A DNA stretch of 64,000 bases from the human T2T-CHM13v2.0 reference genome, Homo sapiens, in assembly GCF_009914755.1 (NCBI RefSeq), contig NC_060931.1, one strand, 5' to 3'. Below the pieces are notes generated by a model. That model had not been told where the DNA came from. It saw only the letters and a program-made list of their open reading frames with translations, and ran no database searches. The position numbers and the translations under genes were made by a program. This document shows, piece after piece, positions 40,656 through 53,769 of the stretch (positions are counted from its first letter, which is position 1; every line of letters starts with the position of its first letter).

Positions 40656-40952
40656 TTTTTTTCCTTAGGAGACAAAGTCTCACTCTTTTGCCCAGGCTGA
40701 AATGCAGGAGCACGATCATAGCTCACTGCAGCCTTGAGCTCCTGGGCTCAAGTGATCCTCCTGCCTCAACTTCTTGAGTGGCTGAAACTACAGGCGTGCC
40801 TCGCTAATTAAAAGAATTTTTTTTTTTTTAATTTAGAGACACGGTCTCCCTATGTTACCAAGGCTGATCTTGAAATCCTGGCCTCAAGCAATCCTCCTGC
40901 CCTAGCCTCCCAAAGTACTGGGATTATAGGGCATGAATCACTGTGCCTGGCC
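40656..40952 (-). mobile_element. AluJ
   Basis: 'gatcatagctcactgcagccttgagctcctgggctcaag'; TSD tacat(t/c)aa. Confidence 0.93.
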
Positions 40953-41014
40953 TACATCAACATTTTTTATGACATTTGGCTGCTTTTTCTAAGTTATTTG
41001 GGATTAACTGTGTT

Positions 41015-41640
41015 CTCTCATTTATTAATTCATTGAGTATATGGTTATGGATGCTTGATAGGCTCTCCTCTTGGCTTTGATGATACAGCAACAAACAAAA
41101 CAGGCTCTGTGCTCATGAAACTTACCTTCTACTTGGGAGAAACAGACTTCAAGCAAATAAACACCAAGTAAATATTTGGTATCTCTGATGGTGATACATT
41201 CTGTGGAGGGAAATAATTCAGGGTGTAGGAATAAAGGTGTGCTGAGATGGAGGTGCTAGTCATCAGGAAAGACCTCTCTAAGGTTACCTTTATGCAAAGA
41301 CTTGAAGAGGGAATGGAATGAGCTGCGCAACTCTTCTTAGGAGAACATTAGTCTGGGTGGAGACACTGCAAGGTACAAGTGTCCTAAGTGGGTGCTCTTG
41401 CCGTGTTTGAGGAGTAGCAAGGACGTCAGCCTGACTAGAGCAGAGAGGGAGGTAGAAATAGGGCAGAGGAGGGGTAGCAGATGATGGAGAGGTGTCACAG
41501 GTCATATAGGACCTTGTAGGTACTATAAGGACTTTGGCCTGTGCTCTGAATGAGGTGGGGCACTGTGGGCGAGGGCTGTATTAGGTAAGAAGACTCTGAC
41601 CATTGTGTTGAGAATGGAGTTTGTGGGGGGAAACTCAGAT
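41015..41640 (-). mobile_element. L2a fragment
   Basis: 'gctcatgaaacttaccttcta', 'gtcatcaggaaagacctct', 'gtgtttgaggagtagcaagga', 'taaggactttgg'. Confidence 0.8.
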
Positions 41641-41824
41641 CTTTGGATGATGGGCATGGGACACCATCATCAGCCATTGCAGGTGTGGACCTTGGATGCT
41701 GCCTGCCTAAGGCTGGTGACCAAAAAGAAGGTAGAGTTGGATACAAGAGCCTGGCATTGTTGGCATTTTTGTGTTTGAGTGTCGGAAAGATCGTGGCAGA
41801 AGCCTAAGTATCTGTGTTGCTTGG

Positions 41825-42017
41825 GCCTAGCATCTGTGTTTTCACAAATCCCCCAGGTGATTTGATGCCTCTTTAAAACACAGAATGTTGGGCCCTACCC
41901 AAAGGGTTTCTGATTCAGGAGGTTTAGGGCAGGGCCCAAGAATTTGCATTATTTACAAATGTCAAGGCGATGCCAGCCAGTGCTGCTGGTCAGGGACCAC
42001 GCTTTGAGAACCACTGC
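41825..42017. mobile_element. MER5A DNA transposon, plus an adjacent MER5 fragment
   Basis: 'tttctgattcaggaggt..gggcccaagaatttgcatt', terminal 'gggaccacgctttgagaaccactg'. Confidence 0.85.
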
Positions 42018-42499
42018 TCTGGTGAATGGGTATTGCTGTGTTGTTATCTGCAAAGTTACCTTTGTGTACTTCTGCTTTACAAAATAGGATGTAGCTTGAA
42101 CTCTGAGTCAAACTGCCATTTACTGTGGTATGACCTTGGATATGGCATATACAGTGATTCCTCACACATGGTGTTAATAAGTTCTTAGTAAATGCTGGCT
42201 ATTTGAATATGGTATGTAGGTATAAAATGATGTGGTGGAGGTAAAATATGAATAATTTGCTGAATATAAGCTCTGGACTGTGGACATTATAAACAAGATC
42301 TTGTTTTGTTTTCAGCATGACATGAAAGGTTCATTAGCTTTGTTTTACACATAGGGAAGTGGCTTATTCATGATCACGCAACTAGAAGTAGCAACGGTAG
42401 ATTTCAAATTCAGTTCTTTCTGGCTTCAAAGCCTGAGATTTGCCACCACCGCATGAGCTGCTTGGAGTACTGGATTGGCTCTCCCACAGTTTTTGTCAT

Positions 42500-42559
42500 T
42501 GTGTGTGTGTATGTGTGTGTGTGTATATGTATGTGTGTGACAGACAGAGAGAAGGAGAG

Positions 42560-42596
<37 letters not shown>

Positions 42597-42609
42597 AGAG
42601 AGAGAGAGA
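42500..42609. repeat. Compound microsatellite (TG)n(AG)n repeated twice
   Basis: Directly visible. Confidence 0.97.
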
Positions 42610-43734
42610 AAGTGTGCCAGAAATTATTTGCGTACGTTTTAAAATCTCTGTTAGGCCATTTTTTAAATCTGTAAAATGGGCATGAAGCATGCAGAGTTCA
42701 TAGGGTTTCTTTGCTGAGTAGAATATGGGATGGCTTAGCATTGTATTTTTTTTCCTTTTCTAATTAAAAAAATTTCAAAGCCAAATCGAATCTAGATAGA
42801 ATAAATTTATGGATTTTTTCTTTAGGGTTCCTTATTAGAATGGATTCTTCCTAATATGAAACTTGAGTTATTGAATTTTGTGTGGAGAGGATGCTTCTCA
42901 TTAGGGTCTCAGTTTGGGAAGAAGAGATTATGTTCCCTTTAAAAACAGCTTACTGTGTTTGCAATTTTAGATTTCTTATCTCAGGAAGTTCACATACTGT
43001 TAGGATAAAACTTTCCTAGATAAGGCATCTGTACAAAGGAATGAAGTATATGGGAAACTGCGTGTGTGGGGAGACCATATCTTTAATTTTTGAAAGGGCT
43101 AGGGTAGCCTGGTGGTTTGGAAAAATTAAAAGTATTGCATAAAAGTCAAATGTAATAGCAATTATTGTTAGTGTTGTAAACTTCCACTTATCCACAAATC
43201 AGATGGGTGGCAGTCTCTTTATCTTAAGTTCTGGTTATAAAATTGAAAAAGCCATTGATTAACAAATAGCTGTCACAAAGCTGGAACTTTCATAGTAACA
43301 GTTTCTGGTGAAGCTTCCCTTGATCCCTGACTCAATCAGCTAGGTAGAGATAAAAGAGAAATTTTGTATTCTGAAGATGTACAGACAATTATAAGGAACT
43401 CTGGTTGACTGCAGGGGGAAGAGACACAATAGCTATTAAAATAAAAGTATGACAGTTGGGCTAAACAGGCAGCCTCAAACATCCTAGGAGTCCCTGAGGG
43501 CAACACTGTATGTAGTGACTCAGGTTCTTAGAGGAAAGTGGGTCATCAACAAGAAGCATACAGGCTTGTTTTTGGTATCTTTATAAGAATAGAGGGAAAT
43601 AATGAGTGTGTCAGAGAGCTCTTGTCAAGTTTAGTTTCAATAAAACAATTTGCTTAGGGGTAAGTTTATTTGGGAAAATAAATCACTGATAACAGCATAA
43701 ATACTGTGTTCCTCAGTGATGAGATTAGATGAGT

Positions 43735-43930
43735 AGGGAGGTAGTGGGGTGAGGTAGAAGGAGCATGGACTTGGACACAGATACTTGATTAGAAGCAGAA
43801 TCACCTTAGATATCTCTGCGCCCCAGCTTCTCTGTCTATAAATTGGGAATAATACCTGAAGAGGTCATTGTCAGGATTGAATGAGATGATGTAAGCAGTG
43901 CACCTTGCCCAGGGCTTAATAAATAGTGAT
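43735..43930 (+). mobile_element. MIR
   Basis: 'gagcatggacttgga', 'tctataaattgggaataatacct', 'aggattgaatgagatgatgtaag'. Confidence 0.7.
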
Positions 43931-44021
43931 GAGACTGGTAGATTTCTCTGTGAGGGGGCTTCAGGATATACCTCCCTTATACAGACTTCTATTCCTTTGA
44001 GTCCACCGCCCCCCACAACAT

Positions 44022-44230
44022 CTTTATGAACTGTAATGTATCTCATACTGTACAAGTCACCCATTTAAAGTGTACACTTCAGTGGCTTTTAGATTTACAG
44101 AGTTGTGCAACCACTACCACAGTCAGTTTTAGAAAATGTTCATCTCCTCGAAAAGAAATCTGTACCCTTTAGTTATCATTACTTTATTCCCTCATCCTCT
44201 TCCTCATCAGATGTTGTAGGCACCACCTTT
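44022..44230 (-). mobile_element. L1MB-like extreme 3' end fragment
   Basis: 'tcacccatttaaagtgtaca.ttcagtggcttttag..ttacagagttgtgcaaccactaccaca'. Confidence 0.8.
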
Positions 44231-45112
44231 CTTCCCTTCCTTCCCTTATCTTCTTTTCAGCTGTGGACTGTGCTGATTTGCCTGTTGCTGGATCATGTGA
44301 TTGAAATTCTTTGAATTTTTCTGTAAATAGCCAATTTAGCTTTTTCCCTTCCAGAGTATTTGTTTCTTTGGGTGTGGAAGCAGCTGCTGCAGCCAGTGCA
44401 AGGGCTCACCATTTTGCGCTTTGCGGCTGTTCATATGGCAACTTTATTCAAAACCGCTCCTGCACTGCTTAAGTTATTTGTTTTATACAAAAACAGTTCT
44501 CGCTGGCTTGCGGCTTCTCTGCTGCCATGTTGACAAATGTTGCTTCTAGTGAAATACACAAAAATAAATAACAGCAAGGGAGAGGGGAGCACAGAGCTAA
44601 GTGAATTCATTTTGCCTCTTGAGTGCCATTCTCATTTGTTTTAAAAACCACCCTGGCACAGACAGAAAAGGAGAAGGCAGAGAACCGCAGGAAAAGAAAA
44701 GGCCACATTTGATTCTTTGAATTGGGCTGTAGGGGCTGGCTGAACAGACAACTTGAGAAGTATCTGGAATGTAGGCCCTGGGGATGAGGAAAAGTTTACA
44801 AGGAATCTGAATAACCTGCAGATATTCATATTGCAACAGCCCCCATTTACATAGTCTTCAGAGTTCATTTGGTATGTTCTCTTGTTTTCTCGTTCTGTTG
44901 ATGACGAGACTCAAATTTAAGCACTGCTGGTGTAGTAGTACATGACCATGGTTGGTTTCTGTCAGTGTGGTAGGTTGTGTATTAGGAACTGGAAAAAGGC
45001 AAAAGCGTAAGGGTGTGTGGGTTCTCAAGTTTCGATTTGAAGGTCTGACCCACATGAGAAGGTGGAGGGAATGCTGACAAATATTGATTGCCTTTCTGAG
45101 CCAAGTATTTCC

Positions 45113-45295
45113 ACAAATACTATGTTATTAGTATTATTATTATATTAAGATATATTAGTATTATACTATTATATTAGTATATATTAGTATTATTAGTAGT
45201 ATTATATTAGTATATTAGTATTATTATTTGTATATAACAAATACTATGTTAGTAGTAGTAGTAGTAGTAGTAGTAGTAGCAGTAGTAGTAGTAGT
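45113..45295. repeat. AT-rich scrambled (TATTAGTA-like) tract followed by (TAG)n
   Basis: Directly visible; (TAG)n at ~45250-45295. Confidence 0.95.
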
Positions 45296-45511
45296 TTTCA
45301 GAGAGAGGGTCTCCCAGGCTGGAGTGCAGTGGTGAGATCATAACTCACTGTAGCCTCAAACTCTTGGGCTTAAGTGATCCTCCTCACTTAGCCTCCCAAG
45401 TAGCTAGACCCACAGGCATGAGCCACCATACTCAGCTAATTTTTAGATTTTTTGTAAAGATCTGGGCCTTACAAAGTGCTGGGTTTATAGGCATGAGCCA
45501 CCAGGCCTGAC
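45296..45511 (-). mobile_element. AluJ with internal deletions
   Basis: Right arm nearly complete; left arm jumps from 'gtaaagatctgg' to 'gccttacaaagtgctggg'. Confidence 0.88.
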
Positions 45512-46504
45512 TTCAGAAACATTGTTTCATTGGTTAGCATGACAAAGGTTGGTGGTCTTAGCTTCATTTCACAGACTAGGGAGGACAGAGTTTTGAGGAA
45601 TTGTGGTACTTACTTGCCAAAGGTCTTACTGAAATTAGGGGAGTGGAATGAAATGGAAACCCCGTGCTTCCAGACCTAGAACTTGTTCCTTTTCTATATT
45701 AGTAGTAAGCCATCAGAGGTATGGAAGAAGAAAAGGAGAAGGGCATTGGAAAATAAGGAGGGATAACAGCAAGCAGTAGAGGCCAAAAACATTTTGTTTA
45801 GAAAAATTGTACATCTTCTTTGAAGGTTTTTGTTCATTAAAAATCACCAGGAAAACGAAAGTGACTTGCAAGTCCACAAGAAACTTTGTTTTGGGTGTGT
45901 GAGTTAAGAATGATCACCTGACCAATTATTATTGACTAGAAAAACATTTCCCTGAGCCTTTCATAAATTATCTTAATGTGCATATTGTTGAGGCAGTGTC
46001 TGATAAATAACAGCCTAATTGGCCACCCAGGGTCTGAGAGGTTTGCTTAGCCACAACTAGCCTTTCATTCTGGGTCTGGCAGATTGATTTCTTTCCATTT
46101 GTTGCATGATTTTCAATGCTATTTATGACCTAAATATTCTGTTCAAAATATTTTTTTTTTGGTCTATTGCTAATAGTAGATGCCTCTAGGGAGAAGAGGA
46201 GAGAAGCAAGAGTGAGGTGACAGGGACTTACTTTTCCTTATATTCTCCTTGGTACTTTTTGAATTTTGTTCCGTGTACTATTCCATATGATGGAAAGGAG
46301 GTAAGTGTATTTAGGCAGGTGGAAGGTAAGAAGGGTAGATGAAAGGATGAATTATTGACCTGAACTTCAGGCCTTTATTCATCAGTGGTTTAGCCTGTGG
46401 GATTGTTTCTCAGCATATAAACTTCTTCAGTTATGTAGACATATAATAGTTACTTGTTCGATTTATTGCATCTGCAAAGGTATGGCCAGGTGTCATCATG
46501 AGGA

Positions 46505-46765
46505 AGTATAGTAGTATAGTGTTTAGGCTTAAAAGATTCTGAAACCTAGACTTCCTGGGTTGTAATCCTTTCTCTACCACTTAGTGGCTGAACGTGACCT
46601 TGGATCTTACTTTATCTAGCATTTTTGTGTCTCGGATAGCTTGTAGTTAAAATAGTAGTTATAACAAAACTTGTGGAATTGGAAGGATTACATATATTAC
46701 TTAATCCACATGAAGTTCTTATAATAGTGCCCAATACACAGTACTCACTAAAAGTTAAATTTTTT
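46505..46765 (+). mobile_element. MIR
   Basis: 'agtatagtgttta', 'cctgggttgtaatcct..ctaccactta', 'gtgaccttgg', 'aatagtgccc'. Confidence 0.7.
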
Positions 46766-47784
46766 TTTGATGACTATTATCACAGATGGTGATTTGCCTC
46801 ATCCATCTCTCTGTCCCTTAATGTGGTCCAAAATCCACCCCCCGCCCCACACCCGGCCTTAATGCCCAGACAGTGCCCCTGTACTGACTAAGGAGCCTTT
46901 CTTTTGAGTTCACTGGTCTGGCACTGGCTCCTAGAAGTGCTGTTTTCCAGTGACAGCAGGATATTTGGACCACTGGGAGAGTCAGTGGGCTGGGGTGGGC
47001 CCTTGCTCTCTGCAGAGGTGTTCTTTCTCCCAGTGGGAGGAAACACCACTTGTCAGAACACAGCTTTGGCTTGCCCAGGTTCCTGTTGTGCAGATGGGGC
47101 CTAGAGTCTCTCTGGGCCCCTTGTCATGGATCCAAGCCAAGGCTGTCGCTTGCTGAGCCAGGAATAATATAGGAATTAGTCTTTTTCTTCTTTATACTAA
47201 GCACTAATCAATCTACAGTTAACTCTGTATCTAATTTCTGAACCAGATGCCGTGAATAACTGCCCCTGAATGTGTTTTTGCCAATAAAAGGATAAGTTTA
47301 AGGCTTTTAATCAATGCCGCTTGCACTCAGTATTTAAGGTCAGAATCTTGTGTGCGACTTATTTTGATCAGGATAATTGTTGGGTTAAAAAATGAACGGT
47401 TTTTGAAATTGTGACACTCGCGGTTGACTCGTGGGTGAATTAATCTTTGAGAGGATGGAAAATTGTCGAGTTCATAAGAGTTCTCTTGCTCTCTAGTTGT
47501 CTTTCAGGTCACTTATGGAAAAATATGACTTTTAGGAGGAAGGCATTCTTTTTCAATGGGAAAGGAGATAAGAGACTAATAGAAATTTCTAAGGAGTCAG
47601 TGATGGAGGCTCAGGGGAAATTGGAAATGAAGCTGGGTGTTTTGGATCTGCGGTGAGCTGAGGGACTGGAACAGCAGCTGTGTATGTTCTAGGTAATATT
47701 AACTTGTTGTAATTTTATGTCTCCAGCATACCTTTTTCAAAGGAACTCATGTTTCCTGACCAACGACTGTGTACTGTCTAGAAT

Positions 47785-47985
47785 GAAGCATAGTGTTTAG
47801 AAACATCTGGGGTTTAGATATTGGCTTCACTGAATGGCCTAGGGCAAGTCACTGAGCCTCTGTGCCCTCAGTTTTTATAATTATAAAATGGGATGGTAAT
47901 AGCTACCTCGCAGTTGGAAAACTTAAATGTGATCATGTATGTGAGAATGTGAAGTGCAGTGCCTGGCACACAAGAGGTGCTGAAA
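47785..47985 (+). mobile_element. MIR
   Basis: 'gggcaagtcactgagcctctgtgccctcagttt..taaaatgggatggtaata', 'cagtgcctggcaca'. Confidence 0.8.
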
Positions 47986-49464
47986 GGAGCATCTCCTTTT
48001 ACTTCTTTGTGGAGTTTGTTTGGCTGGTCTGCTGGTCTGTCATACATTTGTCTGGTGTGCCTCTAGATACACGTAATGTGGAAATTTCCCTACCTTGTAA
48101 CAGTGAGTTGGAAATTGTTCCTGTTGATCTGTTTTTTTTTTTCTTTTGTGCTTAGGGAAAGGCATGAGAAAAATGAGTCAGGATGCCCTCCATTTCTGGA
48201 GAAGCTTGGTGGTAATTCTGTTCCCCAGTGGCTCACAAGCCTGGGCAGTTCAGAGAATATGAGAATTGGTAGATCATGGAGAACTAGGCTCTGCCCCTTT
48301 GGCTATGCGGGAGTTACTTAGTCTTCCTGAAGTTTCCTGTCCATGAAAAGGGGATGTGTGAGGGTGCAATATGGGTAATGTTTGTGAACAACCTTTGTTA
48401 GTGTCAGGAAAGTCCAAAACTATGTGGTGTGGTATTTTCATCATCTTGAGTTGACAACAGTGCTTATCCAAAAGTCAATTTTGGTATTTTGTCAAATGTT
48501 AAAGGCTCAGGAAATAACTTCCAACTCAAGGAAGATTTGTATCCACTCTGGAGCTGGAGGAGCTTATATTAAGAATGTAAGATACTTGGGCTCCCAGGAT
48601 TTCTGGAAGAGCTGGCAGTCTCCCTGAGGTTCAGGTTCTCAGACCAGCAGGCCATGCATGGGGGCTTGTGATTAAGCTGGTGCCGAACATTGCTGAATTA
48701 TATAGGTCTTTCTGTGCTACAGGTTGGTTTTCTGCTGTTCACATGTAGTCTAACAGTGGCCTGTTTTCCTTTGCCTCAACTGTGACATCCCCTCGAAGTG
48801 ACCTTTATGAAGGCAGAGCTTGGATCTGCCTTGCTTCTTGCTGCCTACTGTGTGGTTTTGTGCAGAGTGCTCCTTTCCCTCCTCTGGTGTCTTCACAGGT
48901 GACTCAACTGGAAGAGGAGGTTAAAGAAGGTCGGGTTACCAAGCACCTCTCTTCATGCCTCAGCCAATCCAGGCCCCAACACTGTGTGGGAAGAGGTGTT
49001 CATCTGTTGAGAAGGGGTGGGGACAACATATGTTACATACAGAGGCTCCAAGGTGGTTTTGATGAGCATAGAGTATAGTGGGAGAAGGAGCAAAGGATGG
49101 TTTGGGAGGTAGGAAGTAAAAGTTTCAGCTAGAGCTGACTGTCAAAGGCCTTTTCTGTCTTTAGACTTTTACTCTGTAAGATACAGGGATTTGTATGTGA
49201 GGCTTTTGACTTTAACTCTGTTGGAATAGGGATTTGTTGCAGGCTGTTAAGTAGGGAGGATGGTATGAGAGATGCATTTTCAGGGGTTTCATTTGCTCAT
49301 GGCATGGTAGAAGATGAAGGGTGGATGGTGAGTAGAGTAGAAATAGGAACACAGAAGACTGCTGCAGTATTTCAGATGGGGATTGTGTGGGGCCTATTTA
49401 GGTCATCTCCAGTGCAGGTGCCCAGGAGAAGTTACAGTAGATACTGTTGTACTTGTAAAGGAAA

Positions 49465-49710
49465 ATGACATTCGAGTTCCTGTTTTGTGCCAGGAACTTT
49501 AAGTAATCTGCATATCTTAGCTCATCTCATTCTCAAAACAGCAACAAGCGGAAGGTGTTATTTCTCACCGTTTTTCAAATAAAGAAACTTAGGTTTAGAG
49601 CATAAGTAATTTGTTTGCCATCCCTGGACAGCTCCTAAATTGCAGGGTTGAGGTTAATACCTGATTACATCCAACTCCAAGTCCTTTCTGTTCGCATTAC
49701 ACCACACTGT
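49465..49710 (-). mobile_element. MIR
   Basis: 'tgtgccaggaact', 'aataaagaaacttagg..taagtaatttg', 'ccaactccaa..cattacaccacactg'. Confidence 0.7.
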
Positions 49711-51896
49711 GGCCCTCAGGACACAGCCTCATGTAGTGATTTTGCATTAGCAAATAACTTTGTAAGGACTAGTCTGTTAATAGTGATCTCTTTCAACATT
49801 CCCATGAGATGAGGGAGCACAATTAATTGTTCAGCTGAGGGATTAGAGATATAAGGAGGTTAAGTGACTTGACGAGGTCACCCATCAAGTGGTTTGGGGC
49901 GGACAGGCAGAGGTGAGTGAGGCTTGGAGCTGGCCATTTTGAGACAGTGGCCTTATCGAGAACAAGAATTTTCCAGCCTCATTTTATAAATCCAGGCTTC
50001 TAGTTCTATAGACTAGGGAAACTATCATGGAAATGGTATGCAAGGCAAGTGCCTGAGGCTGAGATGGCACAAAGCACCGTGGTATCTTGGGGTTACTTTA
50101 TAATCAAACTCTCTCTTCTAGCATAGTCTTTAATTAAAACAACAATCATCTCCACCAAAAACTAATCATCTTTATTAAGCATACAGATTGGAGGAAGAGT
50201 GGGGAGTCTTGTGTCTGAGAAAGATCTCACCAATAAATTGTTTCCTTTGCCATAATAATTGTGTTGCTGAGTTTAATAATTAGAATTCTCACTCTACGCT
50301 TCCTTTTTCTGTTTGATTTTACGGGTCTGACATCGCTGTTGTTTTTCCTGGGAATACTTGAGGTGTCACAAAGAGCAACATTATGATGAGAGCCATGGGA
50401 AACACTTGCTAATTACAGTATATTGTGCCCCTGTTCCTTATCTATCAGTCTCTATTGGTTATTATTACTCATTTAATTTTTATTTTTGAGAGATGAATGC
50501 ACAGGGCAGAATAGGTCCTGAGAATGAATCTAGAGCTTTGCCTTTGACTTGGATGGACACTTTGGGCATGTACGGGTCAAGAAATAGATGATTGGGTATC
50601 TTGTGGTAGGAGCTAGAGGAACTATTAATACATTTGGGAGTGGGGAGTGAAGGCCATGGACTGAAAAGATGCCGAACTACAAACCTGAATGATTTTATAG
50701 TTTGCTAATGGTTATCCCTGGATGCCATGCACCATCATGATTTAACTGAGCCTTGCAAACAGGGACGATACTTTTCCTAACCCCCTGCCATCTACTGCTT
50801 TCTCACCAGAGGTCACAGGGCAAAGACAAGTAACACTGGCATTGTGCATGTGTGACAGGTAACTGTAGGTAGTAAAGTGGCCACCTGTACCATTGCAACC
50901 CTGTGTAATAGTCTAGTGAAGTGATCTGCTTTCTGCAGTCAGGATGCCAAATACGGTGGAGAAGGAAGTGACAGTCATTTACAGTGTCATGTTTAGTCTT
51001 TTGCAGATGTGCTTACAGTTTTAACAAAGGCGGAGAAGAAATTATAGGGTGGGAAAGAAATGCCTACAGACAGGCTGCTAAAGCCTAAGAAGGAGGAAAC
51101 TAGTATTTGTGTGTTTTAGGAATGCTAAGCCCTTGCTTACATATCAGCAAGCAAAATATTGGCATTCACTTCTGACTTGAGGAAGGCATCTCTGAAGTCA
51201 ATAGAAGGAAATGCCTAAACACAGGCCTCACTCAGAAAGAAAGGAGAGCTGTGGAAATACTCAGGATTATCTCATAAAAGCTCTTTGTGTATTTGAAGCC
51301 TCTAATGAAATCAGCCTTGTTCTCCAGGCCAGACAACTCCAGTTGTTCTTACCTTTCTTTATTGTATCTTTTTTTTTTCATTTCTTTTATGCTTTTGTCA
51401 TCTCTTGAAATTTCTTTTCTTTGAATAATACCAATAAAAATTGAACTTTTTGCCTGAATGCAGGGATGACTTGCTAGTAACTACCAGTTTTTATCAGAAA
51501 GCAGAGTGGGATGCTCAGTGATGTTGTTGATGGTGAGGATGTCCAAATCTTCTTTTTATATGCTAGCTCCATTGTCTGCTGCATTTACCTGTTTGTAGCG
51601 TTGGTGCGTGGAACATTGGGGCATATAAATGTTTATTGAATTAGTGAATGAAGATATACTGAATTTTTTCCTTAAAAAGTCAGTATTTGCTTTGGGTCAA
51701 TAAAGAAACCCTTTATTTTGCTTTTTCTTCATAAACACCAAAATCCTAGGAAATATTGGTTTTACTTTGCCACAGCACTCTGCAGCTTGTACAGACTTTT
51801 CCAGAGATGAAAAATTCTTTCTCACTTCTGTATTAGTCCTTCGCTTTATCCTCTGATTCCTCCTTCCTTCCTTCCCTTTTCTGCCTTCCTCTCACC

Positions 51897-52030
51897 CATT
51901 CATGTATTCATTAATTCAGTAAATGCTTCTTCAACCTCTGCTATAAGCACTATTTTAAGTTCTAGGGATATTGTTATAAGCCAAATAATGTCTCTGCTTT
52001 CATGAAGCTTATATTTGGGTGGTGGGTCAA
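51897..52030 (-). mobile_element. L2 3' end
   Basis: 'cattcatgtattcattaattcagtaaatgc...tctctgctttcatgaagctta'. Confidence 0.65.
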
Positions 52031-52589
52031 GGAACATGATTGATCAGAAGAAGTTAGATTTCCCTGTTGGGACAAGGCTTTCAGAGAAGTAAGTGGTTGT
52101 ATAGGTAGTAGAGATAAAAGGATTGCTCCCTGTGAGGGACTTGCTGGCAGGATAGGCTGTGATTTCACTTTATTTTCTATTTACATAACAATCTGAATCC
52201 CAATATAGTGTTTAACCTGATATGTAAGATTCTGTTTGGGCAGGGTTTTGTCAGTTATCATTTATATCTCCTTTCTTGAAATTAGATCAGATTCCTTTGA
52301 TTTATTTGGAGAGAAAAATGGGCAATACACAATGTGTTTCTGCTGAATATTTTGCTATGATGTTGACACAGTAATGTACACTTTATTTTGATTTTAGTGT
52401 GTTTTATTTAAACATTCCATTATTCAGAAATTGTTACCCCCTCCTTGTTATTACTGTTTGCCTGCAGTTATTTAGAAAGCAGTTTAATTAATGTTCTTTT
52501 ACCGCCCCCTGCTTCAGTATGAGTTTCAACACTTTTAATACAAAGTGTTCATATCACTGTATGAACTTACTAAAACCCAGGACAGTGAT

Positions 52590-52850
52590 ATTCATTCATT
52601 CATTGCTTTATCCAGCAAATGTGCAATACAAAAAAAGATACATGCTTCCTCTCTACACATTTCAGTCTAATATGAACTGTTTGGTTGAAATACAGAAACA
52701 TAACATGCAATTCTCTGGGATAAACGTTTCACTAAATAAACAGCAGTGAGAATTCTGAAGATACACTTAACTAGGTCAGCCTAGGCTTATCAGAGAAGGC
52801 TTCACAGCATAGGCGATCTTTGATCTGGTTCTTGAAGGGTAAGGATGTGT
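52590..52850 (-). mobile_element. L2 fragment
   Basis: 'ttcattcattcatt..cagcaaat', 'tcagagaaggcttcac', 'ttcttgaagg'. Confidence 0.55.
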
Positions 52851-53769
52851 TTTCCCCCCAGGGACCAGTTGAGAAATAGCTAGAATTAATTAGTTCTGCT
52901 GTAATCATTGAGGTGCTGATCCTAGAGTGTGGCTTCCACTGCAGTACTGGATGTGGGGATGATGATCTCATTGCAAACACAGCCTGGGTGGGTGTTTTTG
53001 GTTTTGTTTTAAGGATTCTGAAGCAGCATATACACAAGGTTGACCTCAGGACCTCTTTAGTTGGTTGCTGCTGCTGTTCACAATAGATTTAGATTGGATA
53101 GGGCTTCAGTTTTCTTACTGTTGCATTCCAGCATTTTGGATCAGTCACTTTATTACATCATTTACTTTCTGGCTTAGGCTTAGTTGTTATTAAGTGAATC
53201 AGGGATAAACCTTAGGCTACTCTCCTGCTTCCTTTTTCAAATGATCCGGAGTAAATAAAACAACTACATCTCTTTCGTCACTGTGTTTCGTTCCCATCTC
53301 AGAACGGGTAAAATGGCCAATATTTTCAGTGAAAATGTATTGAAATGCATTTCACTGAAAGAAATGTTCACATTCAGTGAAATGTATCTAAACTCTAAAA
53401 AGAGTCTAGAAAAGCTCATTGACACATTTGTTACTTGCTGAAAGCCCCAGTGAATTTTCCAACCTCCGTATTGTCCTTAAAAATTGCCTTTTAGTTCTTA
53501 AGGTGGTGGAGGTGTGTTTTTTTCTTCCCCCTTAAACCCTCTTCTGAGCAATCTTTGCAGAGACACCTGGTGAGAGAGTAGGCCCTTCTGCTTTGTGTGC
53601 CCTCTAGTAAGAGATGATCATCAGCAGCTTTATATCCTAATGTAGAAAATGTGCTGTGCTAGATCATTTCAACCCAGCAACTCACCTCTTCATGCCTAAT
53701 GCCTGGAGCTAGGGCCTTGTTTCTCTCTACATTAGACAAAAAATAAATAAATAAATGTGGGTGAGGATA

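Noticed and set aside
46835-46858. GC-box/CACCC cluster as a promoter
   Set aside because: Isolated, with no CpG island or other promoter evidence.
49164-49245. Degenerate ~44-bp tandem duplication
   Set aside because: Low identity, within probable L2-derived sequence; an ordinary slippage product.
53597-53610. CTCF-like motif on the - strand (TTACTAGAGGGCAC)
   Set aside because: It lacks the conserved leading CC of the core, so it cannot be supported without ChIP data.
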